The notes beneath the pieces are model-generated. The model ran no database searches and was not told where the DNA came from. It saw nothing but the letters and a program-made list of their open reading frames with translations. From Bigelowiella natans CCMP2755 (lineage: Eukaryota; Protista; Cercozoa), in the NCBI GenBank assembly GCA_000320545.1, contig ADNK01002290.1:186001-250000 (forward strand): a DNA stretch of 64,000 nucleotides, given 5' to 3'. The position numbers and the translations under genes were made by a program. Positions 23,513 to 36,741 of the stretch are shown in pieces (the stretch's first letter is position 1; each line of letters begins with the position of its first letter).

Positions 23513-26065
23513 CTAGAGAGAATGGATTAGATCTGACATTGAGGTGGGCGCTCTTGAAGGTACAGGTGACTCATGCTTTTTGTCCATAGCGCCACTTTTT
23601 GAGGCATCAGCGTTGCCATCATTAGCTCTATTCTTTCGTTTCCCTTGTCCATGTTTGCGTTTTTTCAATAATTTACTCAATCTAGCTTTCATTCCTTTCC
23701 CCCATCTTTCGAAGCTACCAGCCATTGTCACTGTGATAGTATTCGTTGAAATGTCATGTAGTCATTTTAATGCATTTCAAGTAGAAAATATTGATGTTAT
23801 AAATTACGTTCGCAAAAGGCTACAGTAACCGCAAAGGATGTGAGGATCGTTGATATTCTCAGGCTTTTCCTTGGTTCCATATCCTGCAGTAGATGATAAT
23901 CAATATTGTGTCGTACATCACCCAAGTCTCGAGTCGTATTAAAGTAAATGTTTCACAAGCTAAAATCTTATCTTACATCTCCTTTTCTTCCTTACACATG
24001 CAATTATTTTACCTTACTATTAGCTGCAACTGATGCTCCTTCTTCAGCTTGAACATCTAAAAAATAGCTGCTAGAGCTTTTTGCTCTTACCGTAGTTACC
24101 GTTGGTGATTTTTTGCTCTCAGCATTATCTTTTTGATCCCCGACGAATGCTCTACCGGCTCGCTGAAGTATAATAAATGCATTTCCTTCATTGCAAAAGC
24201 TGTTGTTGAGAGTTGCATGGATTGTGTTTTTACAAAGACACTTGAAGTGGTCCTTTGCTCCGGTAAAAAATATAGAACGGATGCACAACAACAAAAACCA
24301 CAAAATGCGACTTTAAGAACACCTGAAGGAAAGCCGCGAGAGGCTGCTCCTGCCACTGCCATTGTGTAGTACCTGTGAAGAGACAAAAAATGGTGAGGAT
24401 GACAACACAGATCCATAATCTAAATTCCAAAGTGTCAGGACTGAAAGTTGATGATAGCTAATACTTTTCCACAGTCTGTGACTTTTGAAACAACGAAGCG
24501 GTACTGATTATTTTAGTATTTATATTTATATAGTTACTGCTGCTGCCCTTGTAGGAATGTTCAACCGATCTGCCATTTTCTGTTTTGATATAATCAGCAG
24601 CATCAGTAGAGAGCGAAGTGCTGATTGTCGCATTTGATCCTTCCTCAGCTGTTCCTCCATCCTCTTGCTCTTGTCGCCCTCGCTTTATGTAGTCTACCAG
24701 GTCCCCAAGTGTCAAAGACGTAGCTTTCCTCACAACCGTCAAAATACGTTTCGCTACAGCATTAGGTAGACTTTTCGCTGCGGCTTCTCCCAGACTATCA
24801 GATTCTTCCCATCCCTCCTCCATTCTTCTCAAGTTTGCTGGTGGTGATAATGAAGAAGAAGAAAATTTAGGATCAGGGTCGTTGTTATCGATCATGTTAG
24901 CATGAACTCCGACTGGTGCAGGAGATTCGCACTTCCCCTCCCTCTCATCACTGTTGTCGGAGACTGACGGGTTATAAGTTCGGTTCTCACAAATAGTTGA
25001 GAAAATGTTCAAGTCTCCTCTTTGCTCTTCTTGCTCCTCTGTCGTCGCCTGTTGTCGAAACCTAACTACTTTATCCATGCTTTGACCCATAAAATTACGG
25101 AAAGATGCCGGTAGCTTGGCGCAAGTGTCTCCTATCCTTTTTGGAATACGTCCTAAATAGTCCAGATGGTTTTTGAAAGTGCCACCACCAAGCCCTTCCC
25201 CAGAAAAATATGGAGAGCTGATGGCAGAATCCTGTTCTCGCTGTTCTTTAAGCTGCGCTGGCGTGAAGAGGAAGAATTGGCTGGCTCCGTTGGTTACTAT
25301 GATTCGACGACGTACCGGGGGGGGATGAGGCCCTGCCTGGTGCCTATTTGATGCCAATACTTCCATGACGCGGCCTTCCTTCGAAGAACGAAGAGAACGA
25401 GTGATATCTTGACCACTGTCCTTCATCACCATTCTGCTTTCAGCATTCCCCTTTTGAAATTGCATTATAGCAAACAGGCCGCCCGGCAGCAGTGCCGTGC
25501 GTTTCTCTTCCTCCTTTTCTTCTTTACTTGAGTAGCCCCAGCCCCCCACGTCCTCTTCGTCCAGGCTTCTTTCGTCTCGTTGAGCTGAGCTATAGGGGGC
25601 TGCTGTCTTTGTGTCCATGCCTAGTAGCATCGCTGTAGTTCTCCACCTTTCGCGCAGCCACTGCGATATGCCACCGTCCTTTCTGGCACAACCACTTTCA
25701 CGATCACCGTCATGGCCAAATGATGATGATGATGGTGGTGATGATGATTGTGATAATTCAGGATTGTTATTGCTACTGCGGTGGTCAAAGTAGTTCTTCA
25801 AACTATTTTCGGCCCATTCGTCACGGCTGCCGCCGCTATCTACATTACTGCTGTTACTACTTCCGTCTCCTCTTTGCCTTGAACTCAACAGAAATACTGC
25901 AGCAGTTTGATTTCTTACATTTCTGTTGTCACCGGTTTTGTCGCGATCAGACCCATCGATAACGACGTCTTTTGCATCCCCCCTTCAGGAAGAAAAACAG
26001 GAGTGATAAATGTACAAAATGATGATGCACACCCAACTAAGTACGAGCTTAAACTGTGGCCAACT

Positions 26066-26100
<35 letters not shown>

Positions 26101-27181
26101 CCCCCCCCCCCCCCCTTCATACTCCTCCCCTTTCTTCCTCTTTTTGTATTTCCTTTTAATCAAATTTACCCAAAGAGTGTGGAATCTTGTTCGACGTCAT
26201 GATCTTCTTCGTCGCTGTTTTTTACATGTTCTACTCTATGGACATGATCGTTGGGAGACGTGAAGCGTGTGAAGGCGTGGCGAGTGACAGTGAAGTTGTT
26301 TGGTGGATTGCCTTCGATACGCACGAAGCTAACATTCAGCACTCCGTGCATGCTGCCATCATCATCCCTTTTTGCGCGAAGTAGCCTGGTCTGTGCGCTA
26401 CTATCTACGGTGGCAAATCGAAGATGAGCGCCATCATCACCATTATCTTCATCATCTTCTTCAGTGAAACTCCCCTCTTTCTGCGATATTGCGTATGGTG
26501 TTGCTGATGATGATGTAAGCTGATGGTGATGACGAAGTATCAACATCTCTCTGAGAGCCTTAAATTCCGCTTCAGTCTCGTTGAGGCGTTTGCGAAGCTC
26601 TTCGCTGTGCCGCCTCCTCATCTCCCGCAATTGTAGTAATCGGAGGAAAGGGTCATCATCAGAGCTACCACCTTCTTTATCTACGTTGCTACCATCGAGT
26701 CCGACAAAGCCAGCAGCATGATGAGAAGATGGTGATGGTGGTGATGATAATGATGCTAGTTGGGTGCTGTTGTTCATCCAATTTTGATTATGTTGTCGCC
26801 TAAGATCGATAAGCCTTTGCCATTCTTTATCTTCAACGTGGTCTTTGAGAACATCCTGTAGTGGGTTGTGTAAGCTGTTCTCCTCCCTCTCCTCCTCCTC
26901 CTCCTCATCATCCTCCTGCTGCTGTTGAATATGAAAACGGCGAGGTTGCAATGGCTGTGGGTCTTGTCGAGAGTGCTCATCGGTACTTTCCTTCTGAAGG
27001 GGGTTACTGCCTGAAGTAGCCGTTGGAAGGGGGGGAAGCGAGGGATGGAATGGCTGCATCGAACTTCGTTGCGCCAAAAGTGCATTAAGCATTCGCTCAT
27101 TTTGCTCAATCAGGTGACGTATCAACTGGGACGGAGAGGTGATTTATGAGAAGGGGGGAGTAGTAGGAGAGGAGGGGGGGA

Positions 27182-27212
<31 letters not shown>

Positions 27213-28580
27213 AGAAAGGTCAAACTACTTATTGTGGTAATAATAATGGTAATGGCAGCAGTTGAATGAAAGTAGATGTTGAATTTTGATTTTTTCTAAA
27301 CGATTCTCAACGTTTCAATTTTATTTTTGGTTTCCTTCCCATATTATATTTCCATTGCCCATCGTCTCCATCATCTTCACCACCATTATCCTCAACAGCA
27401 AACATCAACAATATAATTATTGTTTGCGTTATCCGTACCTCTGTCTGCTCGGAGGTCACTTGAGTGCCCACAGGAGAAGGGGAAGAGAAGGCAGCAGAAG
27501 TGGAGGGAGGAGGGGAGGATTGGTGATGAGCAACGAAGCCATGGTGAGACTGCTCAGGGGTCGACGAATAGGAATGCTGCTGCTGCTGCTGCCGCTGCAA
27601 AGACTTTTCGTATTGGTACTTGTAAGAAGAAGCAGCGGGAGAAGTATCTGACGCTGAAAGAGGTGAAGGCGGAGAAGAATAGAGTTGCTGCTTCTGCTGT
27701 TGTTGTTGTTGCGAGATATTAGACGCCAACAGCGACTTGCCTGCCTCTTCTGAGAACGAAGGTGACGCTGACACTAATCCTGAATGTGCCTCGACCTTCA
27801 TACTTGCGCCACCACCCCCCCCCGCACTGCCACTGCCACTGTTAGCACCATTAGGACGAGAAATCCCCTCATTGCCCCCTTCCCCCTTGCGTCTGTTCTC
27901 AGAAAATAGTGCAGCAGAAATAACATCTTCACATTTTGGTTTGCAGCTACTACTCTCCTGATTCAGATCAGTTATTTTGGCTGCGACGTTGTCGCTCCTT
28001 TCTTCCTCATCATCATTATCATCCATATACTTCCCAGCATCTAAGGATGGGGCGTTGGGCTGTTTTCCACTCTTGTTCTTCTCTTCCAAGGAGAAAAGTT
28101 TTGATTTCGAATCACTACCAAAGGCAAGAGATTTACTACGCTGAGCGTCATCGACAGCGGTGGTAGCAGAAATACTTGGGTCTGACGTCGCATTAAAAGA
28201 TGATTCGAAGGTTGCTTGCTGGTTCTGCATTGCGCTGAAGAAACGGTGGAGCGTCGACTTGACCTTGCCTGCAAGTAGGAAAAGACGAGAGATTCTTAAA
28301 GATATACGATGGCGAAGTTGTCTTCTTCTTTGCCTAGAATTTTACCTGTCTTTGACTCTTCTTCCTGCTGCACAGCTGACAAGCCATTGTCCACAGCAGC
28401 AGCAGCCCCTGTTAAAACAAACATGCAGCAAACATATGGGAATGCAAAAACCAGTGTCATTCGTCTTTAGTCGTGGAGTCATCCGCATGCATGCTAGATG
28501 AAACCAGCATTATCAATCTGTGATAGATAAGGCACCTTGTTCAGCGACGACGGCCTGATGAGTTAAGGCCCATGCCTAAG
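23513..28580 (-). CDS. Large low-complexity (Ser/Glu/Gln-rich) multi-exon protein with coiled-coil segments, function unknown
   Basis: Long co-oriented ORFs 27307-28230, 26166-27125, 24458-25888, ~24096-24350 and terminal 23513-23731. Start uncertain; could be more than one gene. Confidence 0.6.
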
Positions 28581-29361
28581 AAAGTTGTTAAAAATGATTG
28601 TTGCGGGTATGTCGACATCTCATGCGATAATTTGATGGTTCCGACAACGAATTTAAGGCACGCAGCCAGTATCCTATGTAATAGTCCAGTACAAAATCAT
28701 TTCGAAGCTGCACATAGCGGTTCCGCGGTTAATTTCTGCGGCGACTCAGTTGAAGCGCATAAAAAACCCTAGACAATTAAACCACGAGTGCTTCCTCACC
28801 GTAAGCAAAATAAGCAGCATTTCGTTCTTCGGGAGCACAGGAACGAGATCAGCCCACCCTCCTTTCAAAATAGGTAGGTTGGGTGGACAGGGAGATAGCC
28901 CCAAATGCTCAGCGCCCCGTGCTGTTCTCTTATTTCAATAATTTGAATGTGTAGGCCGGTAGCGCATCGGAAGATAGTGGCCCCATTGTTATTATCAGCA
29001 TCAAACCTACTACAAACTGCTTGCCTTGGGAATGGGAGAGTGGACAACACTTTTCGGAACAATCGGAATAGAATATGTATTTTACGATTTTCTCTGCATG
29101 AAAAATGATCTATAAACATGTCGAGGCAATGTGCCCGAGCAACAACAGGTGAATTAGACCAATTTGGTAGGGTTATTGCCCGTATAAAAGTTGATCTTGG
29201 TACTACTAATCTCTGTGCTAATGAATAAATTAAAAAAATTTAAATTTCAATTATCGAAAAATACCTTCGATAATCTTCCATCATTTTCATGCTGAGACTT
29301 TCTCCTCGATAGAATTACACGCAGCTGGAAGTGCTGTCTACGTGGCAGGCGCAGCAGCCCG

Positions 29362-31163
29362 ATGTGGATGCTCAAGGGCCTCACCACCGCCCTAGGTTGA
29401 CTTAAAGCTAGCCTCGGCAATGAATCTAGCTTTCTTTTCGAGGAATATCCATGTTTTCATTTCTGGAAGTGGATCGTTTGGTCTAAGCCTACAATAACTC
29501 ATGTAGGGCTGGTGGTTCTAACAAGCGGGAAGTCGCTGCTCAGTCGCAGGCTTTTGCCAAGGGGACGAGGTTTTGCGAGAGTGCCCCATCACCTGAAGCC
29601 TGCTTTGGGTCACTCGACGCTGCACCGTAAGTACATTTGTTAAGAGAAACGCGCCCACGCCTTCATTCGAAGCATCACATAGGCTCCAGAGCTGTTATAG
29701 CTACAGAAGTGATGGAAAATGAGCTGCGATTACGATCGCCGGAGCTTGGCATTCCCTTGCATTGGATGGAAGTAGGCTATAGCGACGTTTCACAGACGGA
29801 TGAGCCTGTGATCATATTACATGGATTGCTGGTAGTAACCTATGAGGCAGCTACTATGTGAAAAATGGCCGTTTATGGATTCCATTTGTGAGCCCTCTTT
29901 TCTTTTTTATGTGTATACACTGAGCGTGAAGATAGAAGGGGTCATGTAAATCATATTACCTTATGACTATCATGCTTATTTTTAGGGAAATAGCATGAAT
30001 TTCAATACTTGGGCAAAGGATCTTTTCAAATCTCTAGACACAAACCGTCGAATCATAATTCCAGATCTCAGGAATCATGTCAGCATACCAGTGATTCAAT
30101 TATACTCCGAACCAATCTGACAGCCTCCTCTACTACCTATCAGGGTCAAAGTAGTCATGTATCTAGCATGAACTACAGAGAATTGATGGAGGATGTTTTA
30201 CGGCTGATGGATGATCAGGGGATTGCAAAAGCTGAGGTTAATACAGTGGCCGAAGCTAATCGCAAGATTGAGATGATATAATGGTAGTTTTTTTTTAAGT
30301 TCATCGGGCATTCTCTGGGAGGGAAAATTGCTTCGGGAATTGCCCTCTGCCATCCAGAGAGAGTCAAATCTCTAGCTGTTTTGGATATTGCCCCTGTAAA
30401 ATATTCGGAAGAGGTGAGTTTTGTAAATATAAATTTCGAGTATAAAATGGAAGAAAGAAAAGAGACACCTATTATCATCAGGACGCAAGCTGGTGGCAAG
30501 TGGATTCGGTTGTGGATGCAATGGCTTCTTTATCGCTCGACGTGAGTTTTACTTTGTTTCAAACCGAAATTAATTGAAAACGAAGATTTTTGCTTCGGCC
30601 TCTTCAGACAATAAGGAGTAGAGAGGAAGCCAATGAGCTCCTGAAGACGAAGATCGACGACCCAATATTAAGACGATTTGCGCTGACGAATATAATTTTT
30701 GATTCGCAAGCGAACATTTGGAAGTGGAGAATAAATATACATTCAATTAAGAAGCATTTGCAGTCTGTTCGAGACTATGATATAGGGCAGGGTAACCAAA
30801 ATCTAGAGGATCTTGGTCTACGATACGAAGGTACATGGGTTAATGTCTACCCCAAAACGTATCACAGACTATCTCTCATTACTTTATCTTTACAGGTGAA
30901 GTATTTTTTGTTTCTGGTCGCCGATCAAAGTACATCGGCACTAGGCATCTACCTACAATTGCCAAGTTATTCCCAAAGTACAGGATGGTAACGTTGAAGA
31001 ACGCAGGACACTGGGTAAGTAGATAAAATCATGTTTTTTTATTGCACTATTTGCGCCCCGATGATCGTCCACTTTTATGTTTTCCCCAACATTTCAGGTG
31101 CATTCTGAAGCTCCGGAGGAAACTGTGAAGTACTGTAAAATATTCTTGGATCGTGGATATTAG
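29362..31163 (+). CDS. Alpha/beta-hydrolase, ABHD11/YbfF esterase family, with N-terminal targeting extension
   Basis: Spliced motifs PVIILHGLLGNSMNF, PDLRNHGQS, nucleophile elbow IGHSLGGK, LDIAPVKY, WRINI, catalytic His in NAGHWVHSEAP. Stop TAG 31161-31163. Start model: exon 29362-29395, exon 29507-29626, then 29682 onward. Confidence 0.9.
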
Positions 31164-32205
31164 ACGTACAGCAAATGTCTATAAATGCTCAAACAATTTA
31201 AGTCGGTTTCACGGATTTCTGAGCTCTAGATACTGAACTAGATTCTCGCCGATAGAAACCATACAATGTGCGTGATAATAATGATGAACATGAGAATGAA
31301 GCAGTATGTATGTATGTATTCTCCTAGAAATATCGATCGAAGTCCAGAGTGAGTAGTTTTCAGAAAGTCAGCGATGCCAATAAGTGTGCACTCTTGCGTT
31401 GAGGCTGCTACATGTGCTGGATGAGGCTGTAAGCTTCTTCGCGACGAATGTATGCAGTCCGATACAGAAGCGTTGCCTTAACGCAAGTGTATTACTTAGC
31501 CTAGCACAGCTGACGAATGATGCCGTCTTTGCATTGTTTGTGTATACTCCATTACTGCATGATGTGTGGACAGGCCAAATGGTACGACTGACTATGTTAT
31601 GTCTATGGCATTATAGCATGGCTATATGTGCATGAGGATGATGACGCGTATGCACCCCATAATAGCCTGTGCGATGCCACGCTCTAGCACTGTCGCTGGA
31701 TGTTCGCATCGAACCAGCGAGCGTGTGTACATCTAGTATACTCGAGATTGCAATGTGTGTGAGTGTACGTACGATATAGTTACGCTCGCGTGTTATAGTG
31801 TCTATATAATGATGCAGTTGACATTGAATTAATTGACAGTATCTGACTCGAGATGATAGTAGACATGCAATTCGAGCTGTACAACGACAATGCGCGCGAT
31901 AGATAGCAAGACCCGCACTAGCCACAGCACTGAGCATAATAGGCCGCATGTGTATATGTGATATATCGTCTGCCAGTCATGTATGCTGCAGCAGTAGGAC
32001 TGTTCAAATAGCAACGCACATGTACTACCCTTATTGAGATGCGTACTAAGATTAAAATTTGATGCAATCAAGATGATTTCATCCATCATTGTTCAAGGTT
32101 CATCAGCAAGAAGAACCCTGATCATAGTTTGTGTTGTTATTACGTGGCTTAAAACATATCACCTCGCGTGGCGCGGACAGTAAGCCTTATAAAGATTCTA
32201 TAAAT

Positions 32206-33578
32206 TTAAAGTTCATTATTCAAGATGAACCGGTTGCCTTCTGACTGTGCTCCATGGTACCGAACGTGGCCCTTAGCCAGATATCTAGGTAAACAATATC
32301 GACCAGAATTAAAGGATTTCAACGAAATAATTATTCATTAAATATCATAAAAATGTGCAATCTTTAGGAATTAAAGGAGTACGCTGCAGGCTTTTTTGGA
32401 GGAGAGAATTTTTTCTTCTGGAGAACTGCAACTTCCCTGCCATCGTCATCCTGGAAATACGAAAGTATATGTGCTTCAGGGAGGTGCATCCTAGTACACT
32501 AAAAACTCGAAAAAATCCTACTACCTCGGCATCAGATTTCATCATCACATACAGATTTTCGCCTTGCTCTTGAGCTCTTTTCCGTTCATTGTTCGACACA
32601 GGAGTTGCGTCTAGAAGCTTCAACTTTGGGAGCATATAAATGATTAACAATCTGGAAAAATTAAATCGGACATATTAAGTGTTGTACCAATTGTACCAAA
32701 TTTTTTGCAAACACACAGAACTAAACTACTCGATTGATACACAAAACTCTCTCATTTCCGTCGCTCTCACCCGGCGACCACAACTATTGCATACCAATGC
32801 AACACCTGTTTTAGTTGGTATTTCTACCTGTAGCGCTTGTATGCATTATCTAATGATCCATCTTTAAAGTACATTTCTGGACATAGTGGGTTCTTCATCA
32901 TGCTCAAATATGTTAAGTTCGGCGTCTGAGAGCACAGGAAATTCATTAGAACTAAGACCAACAAGGAGACGATAAGAAGAAAGTAGAAATTATTTAATTC
33001 ACCGCCTGATATCAAGTGCACTTAAGTGCTACTAGCAAATACTTTTTTAATTGTATACATTCGTCTCATATCCATCATCGCAATTCCAACCAACAGTCAG
33101 TAAACAAACTATCTGCTTCTTATAATACTTCTACCTGTTTTTTCAAGATGTCCATTACGCCGGTGATGCTACTTAACTGGTTATTGTTCAACCAGAGAGT
33201 TTGGAGGGATGGTATTTCCGGAAATCCTTTTAAATTCTTTATTCCATTCTTATCAAGAATCTGATATCAAATCAAAACCTTACTGGGATATGATTAAACT
33301 GCTAGTCTTATTCTGTGTATTCTTTTTATCAATCACTCAATATTAATTCCACTATCTATTCAGGGCAAAACCAGCCGCTTGAGTAATGTGGTCTTGGCCA
33401 AGATTGAAAAGTTCTGAATGGAGTTCTCTGTAAGATCCAAGTGGTTGCAGGACTTATCAATATCCGAGGGAATAGCTTTTAGCTTCCTTTCCCGTAGGGA
33501 TACCTAGCCCATCGCCATACATGTCGGTCAATCCTCCCACATTTCACATATTCTCACGAGAAGCAATTTTCTAATCAT
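32206..33578 (-). CDS. Leucine-rich repeat protein, LRMDA/C10orf11-like
   Basis: LRRs HLDLTENSI, LILDKNGI, LQTLWLNNNQL, LTYLSMMKNPLCP; LRR cap YRLLIIYMLPKLKLLDATPV; C-terminal RYHGAQSEGNRFILNNEL-stop, typical of the LRMDA family. First exon tentative. Confidence 0.8.
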
Positions 33579-34571
33579 TTTACAGAATCATAGAATTGGG
33601 GTTCGAAATACGAGAATAGCCTTCTGAAAACATGCCTATTAAGTTATCTAATCGTCGATACTTTTTTTTTTTAAACACACTTGGACAGTGCTAACGATCT
33701 TAATCGGGAAAGGAAAAATCACACAGGAGCGAGGTAGTTATTATGAATTCTGTGACGCAATTTTTTTGGTTGTATATGCTGCAAAGTGGTAAAGAAGATT
33801 TCTAAGGTTCCACAGTATTTTTGGAGCGATGAACCCAGGAACAAAAGTGTAATGCTAAGCGTTAATTACTACCTTATTGGACATGTTGGACGTTGGGTCG
33901 AGTTTTGAGGCGGACTGTATCAGTATAAACTAGCGACAACATTGTAATTTTGTCTCTAGTGTAAAATCTATAATATTCAATGAAATATGAAATATGGACA
34001 TGCATTCATAAAACGACAAAGTTTACACGTTGTCTTCATACAAAAGAATACCCTGTTTTACGTTCTACCCCGACTTGTTTCTTGCAAAATTCTGATGCTT
34101 CAAATAATAAATGTCCTCAACATATATCTAAGCGACAACCCGCACAGTTGGCTGCAACGATATCAAGGATATTCAGGAAGATATCCTATTGGATTTCTGC
34201 GGAAAGAAGATGCCATTACAAGCTCCTTTATCAAATCATTGTTCAAATCGTACAATCTTGGCCTATTTTAGAGTATCTTCAAGAAAATATTGAACCAATT
34301 TGCAGAGAATATATCTGAAATATTATTATCTCTCCGCGGTAGCCTGCAAGATTTTCAAGGTGGTGCTTGCCGATTAAAAAAGGTATGGCACTTTTCTTCA
34401 GATACCTGTGACTAATGATGTCGTACGTGTAATATACACACCCTTTTCCCCAAAAAACACGTGCGTTATTCTCGCCTCCAGAACCTACCAGGAGCGAGCA
34501 CACAAACACACACCCATATCTTGCTTGTCGCTCCCCCCCCAGCAAAGCAACACACATCGAAACCGAGACGG

Positions 34572-35513
34572 ATGTATCAGAGCACGGATTGGGAGGCGAA
34601 ACGTGCTGTCGATGGGTCCAGGTACAATCCGGAACATTTCTCGCATGTTAATATTTACCGAAAGAGCCCGGTTATTATCACGTCGAGCTGCGATGAACAA
34701 AAGTCAACATTGCACTGTTGTTCCTTGCACTCTTTTTGCACCGTTTTTTTTAACGGCACATGTTGTCACTGTACTTAAATATCACCTCTCAGATACTGGT
34801 ACAGTCCCGGCCTGAACAAGTACTCTTGGGCTGTTCCAGAGGAACTGAAAACACAGGTCACTTTTTTCGTTTCATCAAATAATTTGGTGTGAGTATGATT
34901 CCTTACTCGTAAGGCCGATCGAAATCGTGAGGCTGGTGAATGGTACTGGCTAGAGCATCCAGAGCATGGCTATGTGCCCGCAAAAAAGAACCCTGGAAGC
35001 GGGTAAGATTTATTAAGTGCAGAGAATGGCCTAAATATTAACAACACCAACAACATAACAGGTATAAAATCGCCTCTGGTGAAACAGTATATGTGAAGAA
35101 GGGTGCAGAGAAGCCGCGGAGATTGAACTGTAATAAGCCTAAATTTTTTGGCCATAACTAGCTAATCCCCAGAATCTTGACGACAAGAAATGATTTCCAC
35201 TCTTCTGCTGTCCTTTCTCCGTTTTCTACTTGTACTAGGGTTGAATCTTACGAACTCTGAAAATGACCTTGTGATGCTTGAGAACGTCAATCCCGCTGTG
35301 ATCTTATTCCACGTCAAGCAGCGATACCACACAAATCAGGTGTGATATGTTTTGATTGTGTGATTGGCTACTGTGTGGCGGTTGTGCAACACAATGGAGA
35401 CAAAAAGAAACGTCACGCAAAATCGTGCTCACGTGAACGTTTTCATTTGATTTATGTCCGTGTACGTATTTATATATGTTTACATTTGCACGTGTGTGTT
35501 TATATATCTATGT

Positions 35514-35551
<38 letters not shown>

Positions 35552-36700
35552 GTTTGTGTGCATATGCGCGCAAGCTTTACCCTGATCATGTGATAAAATT
35601 TCCAGATATATTCATTCGTTGGCCCAATTTTGATATCATGCAACCCCTACAAACTCCTTCCTCTATACACCCCTGCGATTCTTAATGACTACATCAAACG
35701 GTAGTATTAGTATTATCACTATTGTAGTAGTAGTCTACTCGAGTAATGGCAAATTGGTCTAAAATATTACGGATGATGATGATGATGATGATGATCAACG
35801 AATGACTATAAAGGGACAATCGCTATCTGGAACCTCACGTATACTCAGTAGCAAACACAGCGTACAGGGATTTGGTATCGCATTCCTTGTCGCAGAGTAT
35901 TGTCATCTCTGGTGAATCTGGTGCAGGAAAGACCGAATGCACGAAGCAGGCCCTCCAATTCCTGGCGGAAATAGCAGAATCAAACGAAAACATCGAGCAG
36001 ATGATTCTTATGGCTAACCCTGTATTAGAAGCTTTTGGAAACGCTAAAACGGTATTAGTATGTACTGATACTATCCCCAAAGAAAAATAGTAGGATCAGT
36101 CTAAAATCTTAAAGATTTAGAGAAAATTTGAAGAAAGATTTAGACACGAGGCAAGCGTCATGTTCTTCCCGGATAAGCCTCTTCCTTCAATTTCCTTCCT
36201 CCTTCCCCTCCTTCTAATATCTTGCCATCGGACTTCATTCAGGTGCGTAACAACAACTCATCTCGGTTTGGCAAGTACCTAGAGGTGTTCTTCAACCAGC
36301 GCAACAACATCGCTGGCGCTAAGACAACCAACTACCTCCTGGAGAAGAGCCGCGTGTGCTTTCAGGCGAAGGGAGAGCGCAACTATCATGTTTTCTATCA
36401 ACTTGTGGCTGGAGCATCGGCACAGCAAAAGAAGTGGTTTCGTATCAAAGAGATGCAAAGCTACCACTATCTTAACCAGAGCGGCTGCGACAAGGTTGCC
36501 GGCGTGCCAGATGGCCGACTTTTTAACGAGGAGCTGCTGCCTTCCATGCGCCAACTCGACTTCAAGGAGGATGAGATCAACAGTAGATAACTAACCAACA
36601 TCCAACTGATATAATGATGATGATGATGAGGATGATGAGGATGATGTTCGACAACAAAAACATCCTAATTACATGAATGCTGATTATAGTCAGGGGCGTG

Positions 36701-36741
<41 letters not shown>

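Noticed and set aside
29627-29644. Possible 18-nt GT-AG micro-intron, as in nucleomorph genes
   Set aside because: Splicing it leads to a stop. The 29627-29681 intron restores the correct frame.
33980-34318. AT-rich ORFs between the LRR gene and myosin (also 49992-50366)
   Set aside because: No recognisable motif or splice support. Probably intergenic.
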